In this document: piece by piece, positions 8,119-12,747 of the stretch
How the letters are laid out: the number at the start of each line of letters is the position of its first letter
Numbering within the stretch: the first letter of the stretch is position 1
NCBI GenBank assembly: GCA_029856525.1
Contig: JAHQXC010000035.1
Coordinates: 1-12,747, forward strand
Length of the DNA stretch: 12,747 nt
Reading direction: 5' to 3'
DNA from: Candidatus Odinarchaeia archaeon
GTDB lineage: Archaea > Asgardarchaeota > Odinarchaeia > Odinarchaeales > Odinarchaeaceae
The notes under the pieces: generated by a model
Told to the model about the DNA's origin: nothing
What the model saw: the letters and a program-made list of their open reading frames with translations, nothing else
Databases searched by the model: none
Made by a program: the position numbers and the translations under genes

Positions 8119-8810
8119 CAGGTGGTTTATTGGAGTCTAAATTATTGCTTATTCTATTGAGTATCGCGGAACTGGGTGGCAACGCTTTCACATCTACAAG
8201 TGGTTTAGGCAGGAGGATAGGGGTCAGTCAGCAGAGCGCGTCTAGATATCTTAGGATACTTGAAGAAAAAGGATTGATAAGTAGGCGTATTACCGGTAAA
8301 GGACAGGTGATTACATTAACGAAGGCTGGTTTAGATGAGCTGCGCGGGTTATTCACTAGGTTAAAAATAATTTTCGGAGAAGCCGTCCCATTTTTCACGC
8401 TTAAAGGTGTGGTTTTCACAGGCTTCGGCGAAGGCGCCTATTATATGTCTAAAAAAGGTTATATAACGCAATTTGAAAAGCAACTCGGGTTTAAACCGTT
8501 TCCAGGTACTTTGAACATTAAATTAATAGATGAAAACGGTATTAGAGTTAAACGTGAATTACAATTCATGCCGGGGAAACTTATAAAATCTTTTAGAGAG
8601 GATAATCGATCATTCGGTGACGTTAAATGTTTCCCCGCCTCTATAAACGGGAGAGTGGACGGTGCGGTGGTGTTGATTGAAAGAACCCATTACGGTGACG
8701 ATGTTTTAGAGGTGGTATCCAAGTTTAATCTTAGAGAAGCTCTTTCTTTAAAAGACGGTGATATAGTTGAATTAACAATAAATCTCAGCTTTAATTCTTA
8801 TACTCTCTGA
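8112..8810 (+). CDS. ribK: HTH-fused CTP-dependent riboflavin kinase (RibK/RbkR type)
   Basis: N-terminal winged HTH (STSGLGRRIGVSQQSASRYLRILEEKGLISR) fused to kinase motifs GFGEGAYYM, GFKPFPGTLNI, ERTHY, LKDGD. Start may be TTG 8130 (SD GGTGG 8121-8125). Confidence 0.93.
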   Translation: MLTGGLLESKLLLILLSIAELGGNAFTSTSGLGRRIGVSQQSASRYLRILEEKGLISRRITGKGQVITLTKAGLDELRGLFTRLKIIFGEAVPFFTLKGVVFTGFGEGAYYMSKKGYITQFEKQLGFKPFPGTLNIKLIDENGIRVKRELQFMPGKLIKSFREDNRSFGDVKCFPASINGRVDGAVVLIERTHYGDDVLEVVSKFNLREALSLKDGDIVELTINLSFNSYTL

Positions 8811-9258
8811 GTATTTTATCTATTATCTTACTTGTTCTGCAAAGATCGTATTTATCCATGTATTCTGGAATCCTAATTATCTTCGCTTTAAGCCCTAAAT
8901 TTTTAATCCTATTATGGAGCTCGGATTCAGATAGGTTCTGATCCGGGCCTAAAATAATATAATCAGGGTTAACTTCCTCAACAATCTTTAGAAGATCCGG
9001 GCCAGGGTTTCCTAGAATAGCTTTTTTAACGTATCTTATACTTTTAACTACAGCTAGTCTCTGCTCTTCAGGTATAATTGGCGGATGCCCTTTAATTTTT
9101 TTAACATTCTCGTCTCTAGCGACTACGACTATTAGATCACCGAACTTACTAGCTTTCTCCATTAAATATATGTGGCCTCCATGTATTATATCGAATGTTC
9201 CGCCTATTAAAACAGTTTTCCGTTGACCCTCATTTTGCTTCTCAGTCATATATCTCAT
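8791..9258 (-). CDS. ribL: Archaeal FAD synthase (cytidylyltransferase-like)
   Basis: GGTFDIIHGGH (HxGH), LIVVVARD, EEQRL-x-VV, PDYIILGPDQ; adjacent to ribK. Start 9258 or 9249. Confidence 0.88.
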   Translation of the reverse strand: MRYMTEKQNEGQRKTVLIGGTFDIIHGGHIYLMEKASKFGDLIVVVARDENVKKIKGHPPIIPEEQRLAVVKSIRYVKKAILGNPGPDLLKIVEEVNPDYIILGPDQNLSESELHNRIKNLGLKAKIIRIPEYMDKYDLCRTSKIIDKILREYKN

Positions 9259-9285
9259 CTAAATTTCATCATAAGATATAAGATG

Positions 9286-9308
9286 TTTAAATCTAAATAT
9301 TTTTAAAT
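9286..9308. promoter_or_regulatory. Back-to-back TATA-like boxes of a divergent ribL / tRNA-Lys promoter
   Basis: TTTAAA at 9286-9291 (about 28 nt from the ribL ATG, minus strand) and TTTTAAAT at 9301-9308 (about 23-30 nt upstream of tRNA G1). Positional inference only. Confidence 0.45.
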
Positions 9309-9361
9309 CATAAGATAAATTCATATTGATGGGCCCGTAGCTCAGGCAGGTAGAGCGTCAG

Positions 9362-9386
9362 ACTATTCTAAGCTGAATAGGATGAA
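9362..9386 (+). other. 25-nt tRNA intron at 30/31 with strict hBHBh' motif
   Basis: h GAG(9353-55)/CTC(9388-90); H CGTC/GATG; bulges AG|A and AA|G; h' CTATTC/GAATAG. Confidence 0.85.
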
Positions 9387-9402
9387 GCTCTTAACTTGAT
9401 GG

Positions 9403-9432
9403 GCTGGAGTAGGCCTTCTACTTCAGGTCGAA
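9403..9432 (+). other. 30-nt tRNA intron at 46/47 with relaxed BHB motif
   Basis: h' CTGGAGTAG/CTACTTCAG (9 bp, one G-U); H TGAT/GTCG (two G-U); bulges GG|G and AA|T; outer helix h not in register. Confidence 0.75.
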
Positions 9433-9471
9433 TCAAGGGTTCGATTCCCTTCGGGCCCGCCAACTAACACC

Positions 9472-9490
9472 TATGAAAGGGGGTTTCATA
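9472..9490 (+). promoter_or_regulatory. 7-bp hairpin TATGAAA-GGGGG-TTTCATA containing the SD of the alg7-like gene
   Basis: Perfect inverted repeat 9 nt after the tRNA CCA and 4 nt before TTG 9495; the loop carries the G-rich SD. Confidence 0.5.
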
Positions 9491-9494
9491 TTAC

Positions 9495-10481
9495 TTGGTT
9501 TTATCATCTTTCTGGTGGATTCACTTACTTATCTTTTTTACAGCTTTTTCAGCCTCACTTATCGCAATACCTTTAGCGGCTAGAAAATTTAAGGATGCCG
9601 GTTTAAAAGGTGTTAACCTTCACTCTAAATCTAGAGAGGTTCTCCCTGAAAGTTTAGGTCTTATTATAGGTATGATTACGATCATCATTATCATATTAAC
9701 CTCATTCTTATTGGGACAGCTTATCAGTTTAATATACACTATCGTCATGTCCGCTACAATAGCTTTAGTTTTAGGCTTCGCAGATGATGTTTTAAGTATA
9801 AGATGGCGTTATAAAATTTTAATCCCTTTTATAGCTTCTATTCCCTTAATACTTAACTATACAGGTTCAACAACCGTAGAAATCCCTTTTATAGGTGTGA
9901 TTGAACTCGGCTTGATTTACACTTTAATTTTAATACCTTTAATCACCGTTTACATGGCTAATTCTATAAACATCTATGCTGGAGTGAATCTTTTAGAGGT
10001 TGGACAGGTTATTGTTTTAACCGGTGTAATAATTTTTATAGGTGTTGTAACAGGAAGTGTTCTAGCCTTGCATATGGCGATCCCCTTTCTCGGTTGTTGT
10101 CTAGCGTTAGCCTGGTTTAACAAGTATCCGGCTCGTGTTTTCGTTGGAAACTCTTTCACGTATTTTTCAGGGATGTTTCTAGTCTCCGTCGCTCTTTTAG
10201 CGAATATGGAGAAACTTTTCATTTTATGCACGTTCCCTCAACTGGTTAATTTCCTATACTCTCTTAAAGATTTTACCGGGAAAACTCTTCGACATCGAGT
10301 GCCGCGTTATAATGTGAGTACAGGGCTTTTAGAAGACTCCGGCAATCACACTTTACTTAACCTCATCATTAAATTGCGCGGTCCCATGTCTGAGAAAAAG
10401 CTGTCCAGTATACTTATATTAATACAGTTATTAAACGCTATTATAGTGTTAGCCGGCTGGTCTCTGATTGTCTATATTTAA
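9495..10481 (+). CDS. alg7: UDP-GlcNAc:dolichyl-phosphate GlcNAc-1-phosphotransferase, Alg7/DPAGT1/AglH-like (PNPT family, polytopic membrane protein)
   Basis: PESLG, LGFADDVLSIRWRYKILIP, NSINIYAGVN-x-LE, YPARVFVGN, PQLVNFLYS, RHRVPR, NHTLLNL, GPMSEKKL; many hydrophobic segments. Confidence 0.88.
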   Translation: MVLSSFWWIHLLIFFTAFSASLIAIPLAARKFKDAGLKGVNLHSKSREVLPESLGLIIGMITIIIIILTSFLLGQLISLIYTIVMSATIALVLGFADDVLSIRWRYKILIPFIASIPLILNYTGSTTVEIPFIGVIELGLIYTLILIPLITVYMANSINIYAGVNLLEVGQVIVLTGVIIFIGVVTGSVLALHMAIPFLGCCLALAWFNKYPARVFVGNSFTYFSGMFLVSVALLANMEKLFILCTFPQLVNFLYSLKDFTGKTLRHRVPRYNVSTGLLEDSGNHTLLNLIIKLRGPMSEKKLSSILILIQLLNAIIVLAGWSLIVYI

Positions 10482-10573
10482 CGTTTCGAATTCACTCTGT
10501 GAGGTCTCCTATAAAACTCGGAGTGTTAACTCACTGTATTCTAAAGTAACGCTAGATAACCTTTTATTAAAGT

Positions 10574-11608
10574 CTACTTACAACTACCTATTTTTAAAGT
10601 TTTATCAGTGATTTTCCAAAGAGGGTCTGCGACAGGGGGCTCTATTTCTCTTACAACACCGTTTTTATATTTTATTTTTCTACCGAATTCTCGCGGCATC
10701 ACCTTTCCTATAACGCTAGCAGATACTCCGTTAAGTTTTAGATCATTTAACAGCTTATTTGAAGCCCCTTCTTCCACTGTTATTAAAAGAGAGCCGGATG
10801 ATATTATTTCAAGAGGGTTAAGGTTAAATAATTTCAATATTTTAGAGGTCTCCTCTCCTACAGGTATTTTATCCTCCCATATAATTAACCCCTTCCCTGA
10901 AGCTTCACCTATCTCATAAGCGGCGGTTACAACCCCGCCTTCAGTACAATCATGCATAGCGCTGACTCCTAGATTATTTGCAGCTATCCTCGCTTCTTTT
11001 ACGACACTGATATTTTTAATGTAATTTTTAGCTTTTAACACGAAACTTCGACCGTAAGCCTTCTCAATCTCGCTTTCAAAATCCGTGGCTAGTATAGAGG
11101 TGGCCTCTATTCCAGCCGACTTGGTTTCAACTATTAGATCCCCTTCCTTCACATTTTCCAATGTGAAATACCTTTCCCCTTCTATAACACCAACCATGGT
11201 TCCTGCCACTATAGGATGGTCAACGCTATTCGTAAATTCGGTGTGCCCTCCTACAACGCTTACACCAAGCTCTATTGACGCTTCATTTATCTGCTGCATT
11301 ATATTTCTAACTGTTTCAATGTTTGAATTTGTTGGGAGTAGTAGATTGGCTAAAAACCATTTTGGGACACCCCCGCGTGTAGCGACATCATTAGCATTTA
11401 TATGAACCGCTAGCCATCCCACTAGATTCAAAGCACCGCTGATAGGATCCGTTTTTAAAACAAGCATCACCCCGCCTATTTTAACTATCGCCGCGTCCTC
11501 TCCTACTCCGGGACCTAAAAGCACGTTCTCGTCTTTGCAGCCTGAAAAAGGTAGAATATGTTTTTTAAACTCTTCGATGGAGATTTTTCCAGACGGCCGT
11601 CTCAGCAT
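10574..11608 (-). CDS. AIR synthase (PurM)-related protein of unknown function (PurM-like/HypE-like superfamily)
   Basis: GPGVGEDAAIV, KTDPI, HINANDVAT-x-G, VVGGHTE, AMHDCTEGGV, ISSGSLL; lacks the HypE C-terminal PRIC. Confidence 0.85.
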   Translation of the reverse strand: MLRRPSGKISIEEFKKHILPFSGCKDENVLLGPGVGEDAAIVKIGGVMLVLKTDPISGALNLVGWLAVHINANDVATRGGVPKWFLANLLLPTNSNIETVRNIMQQINEASIELGVSVVGGHTEFTNSVDHPIVAGTMVGVIEGERYFTLENVKEGDLIVETKSAGIEATSILATDFESEIEKAYGRSFVLKAKNYIKNISVVKEARIAANNLGVSAMHDCTEGGVVTAAYEIGEASGKGLIIWEDKIPVGEETSKILKLFNLNPLEIISSGSLLITVEEGASNKLLNDLKLNGVSASVIGKVMPREFGRKIKYKNGVVREIEPPVADPLWKITDKTLKIGSCK

Positions 11609-11727
11609 TCAACTCACTTCGAATTAACTATATGAGTATATTCTTCAGATAGTTTTTAATATATATGTGTTTTATTTTGAAGCTGGCGATTATCAATCAT
11701 CTGTGTTAGTGAAACCGGTGGTTTATA

Positions 11728-12663
11728 ATGAAGAGCGTTAAATCAGAGGCTCCCGCCTCCATCGCTAATTTGGGTCCATGCTTCGACACTTTAGGTATCG
11801 CTTTAAGCGAGCCGAGGGATATTGTAGAGGTGTGCGTCGACGAATCATCTAATGGAATAGTGATTGAAAAAATAGAAGGGTTAACTAACTCGAATATTTC
11901 CTTTAACGTTAACCATAACACTGCAGGGTTAGCAGCCAAAGCGCTTGTAGATCGTTTAGGTTTGAAAATAGGCTTGAAAATAAGAATTAAAAAAGGTATT
12001 AGACCGGCTAGTGGAATGGGTAGTTCAGGAGCGTCTGCAGCCGCGGTTGTTTACGCTTTATCTAATTTACTCGGCTTGAAAATAAACTCTGAGACGCTCA
12101 TAGAAGCCGCTGCGGAAGGGGAGAGAGCGGCAGCTAATTTCCCGCATGCAGATAATGTAGCCGCCTCCCTTATAGGCGGAGTTGTAGTATTGAAATCTCA
12201 TAAGCCCTTAGAATTTATAAACTTCCCTGTGCCTGAAAAATTACGCTTCGCTATAGTACTCCCAGATATAGAGGTGGTCACAGCTAACAGCCGCGCGGTT
12301 CTACCTTCTCAAATAGGATTCAAAGACTCATTCGCACAGTTAAGCGGCTGCGCTTATCTTGTAGCCGCCTTGTTGAAAGGTGATCTTGTGAGAATCGGGC
12401 GGGCTGTTAACTCGGATGTTATAATTGAACCTGCTAGAGCCAAGCTTATAAAAGGTTTCAGCGAGGTTAAGAACGCTGCGCTTAAAGCCGGCGCCTACGG
12501 CTGCTCGATATGCGGTAGCGGACCGGGTATATTCGCTATCTGTGATGAGAATAATCAGGAGAGTATTCTAGGCGTTATGGGTGATACGCTTAAAGATATG
12601 AATATTAAATTTACAGGTTTTAAATCTAAACCATCTAATGAGGGGGCTAAAATTATTGTCTGA
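11728..12663 (+). CDS. thrB: Homoserine kinase (GHMP family)
   Basis: APASIANLGPCFD, PASGMGSSGASAAA, HADNVAASLIGG, D-x-IIEP-x-RA, GSGP; followed by thrC. Confidence 0.92.
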   Translation: MKSVKSEAPASIANLGPCFDTLGIALSEPRDIVEVCVDESSNGIVIEKIEGLTNSNISFNVNHNTAGLAAKALVDRLGLKIGLKIRIKKGIRPASGMGSSGASAAAVVYALSNLLGLKINSETLIEAAAEGERAAANFPHADNVAASLIGGVVVLKSHKPLEFINFPVPEKLRFAIVLPDIEVVTANSRAVLPSQIGFKDSFAQLSGCAYLVAALLKGDLVRIGRAVNSDVIIEPARAKLIKGFSEVKNAALKAGAYGCSICGSGPGIFAICDENNQESILGVMGDTLKDMNIKFTGFKSKPSNEGAKIIV

Positions 12664-12747
12664 GACGGCTGTGAGATTGGAGTGTATAAATTGCGGTAAG
12701 ACTTATCCACGTGACGCTGTAATATATAGGTGTTCTTCATGCGGCGG
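12656..12747 (+). CDS. thrC: Threonine synthase, N-terminus (runs off the right edge)
   Basis: Not in ORF track. TTG 12656 (or GTG 12671) gives MSETAVRLECINCGKTYPRDAVIYRCSSCG, the CxxC...CxxCG N-terminal ribbon typical of archaeal ThrC; overlaps the thrB stop; SD GAGGGG 12640-12645. Identity rests on 30 codons plus context. Confidence 0.75.
   Translation, partial: MSETAVRLECINCGKTYPRDAVIYRCSSCG

Larger units (their letters stand above)
9331..9462 (+). tRNA. tRNA-Lys(CUU) with two introns (9362-9386 at 30/31; 9403-9432 at 46/47), CCA encoded
   Basis: Acceptor GGGCCCG/CGGGCCC, discriminator G, CCA 9460-9462; D stem GCTC/GAGC; T arm AAGGG-TTCGATT-CCCTT. Removing both introns gives a 77-nt cloverleaf with anticodon stem TCAGG/CTTGA, loop CT-CTT-AA (anticodon 9390-9392) and variable loop TGGTC. 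Confidence 0.9.

Noticed and set aside
9358-9376. Alternative anticodon arm TCAG...CTGA around TTCTAAG, and GGCCTTCTA in intron 2, resembling tRNA-Arg(UCU)
   Set aside because: It gives an 11-nt loop and leaves a long unexplained insert. The Lys(CUU) two-intron model yields a canonical 7-nt loop, a 5-nt variable loop and BHB motifs at both junctions.
9400-9434. Long variable arm, as in type II or selenocysteine tRNA
   Set aside because: The 35-nt region is too long for a variable arm, has BHB geometry, and its removal restores TGGTC. The acceptor stem is a standard 7 bp.
10482-10573. Possible structured RNA in the alg7/PurM-like convergent spacer (GTGAG/CTCAC, CTCC/GGAG)
   Set aside because: Only 4-5 bp stems with competing pairings, and no C/D boxes or U-tract pattern strong enough to call.
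11591-11602. 12-bp palindrome AGACGGCCGTCT
   Set aside because: A single occurrence inside coding sequence; no partner repeat or target-site duplication, so no support for a mobile element or operator.
10574-11608. Calling this gene hypE, purM or selD
   Set aside because: It has no C-terminal PRIC, no hydrogenase or purine context and no Sec/Cys catalytic motif; kept as a superfamily-level call.
1317-12740. Other short track ORFs (1317-1559, 3261-3455, 4247-4534, 5912-6145, 6783-7049, 7770-8057, 8228-8419, 9974-10231, 10608-10919, 11085-11405, 11706-11939, 12555-12740)
   Set aside because: All lie antisense to well-supported genes and have the Ser/Ile/Pro-rich composition of reverse-frame shadows.
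1-12747. CRISPR array, IS element, integrase or rRNA
   Set aside because: No regularly spaced repeats, terminal inverted repeats, transposase/integrase motifs or rRNA-like sequence were seen, and nothing suggests an integrated element at the tRNA 3' end.

Overview
AT-rich archaeal housekeeping window. Eukaryote-like Alg7/Alg13/Alg14 and long Trm112 proteins suggest a TACK/Asgard lineage, possibly Asgard such as Odinarchaeia (inference, not verified). Order: 5' part of metG (-, missed by the ORF track); + operon of RPA32-like OB-fold/winged-helix protein, aIF-2beta, DUF424, NMD3, aIF-1A, RIO1 and KH protein Dim2/Pno1; metallophosphoesterase (-); split Alg14+Alg13-like glycosyltransferase pair (+); nadE (-); Trm112 and HTH-fused CTP-dependent riboflavin kinase (+); FAD synthase ribL (-); tRNA-Lys(CUU) with two non-canonical BHB introns (30/31 and 46/47); Alg7/DPAGT1-like GlcNAc-1-P transferase 32 nt downstream of the tRNA; PurM/AIR-synthase-like protein (-); thrB and the start of thrC (+, missed by the track). 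No mobile element, CRISPR array or rRNA seen. Most notable: the double-intron tRNA, and candidate genes for both first steps of eukaryote-type lipid-linked oligosaccharide synthesis within about 4.7 kb, with a DPAGT1-like RHR motif and an Asp-to-Asn change at a Mg-binding position.
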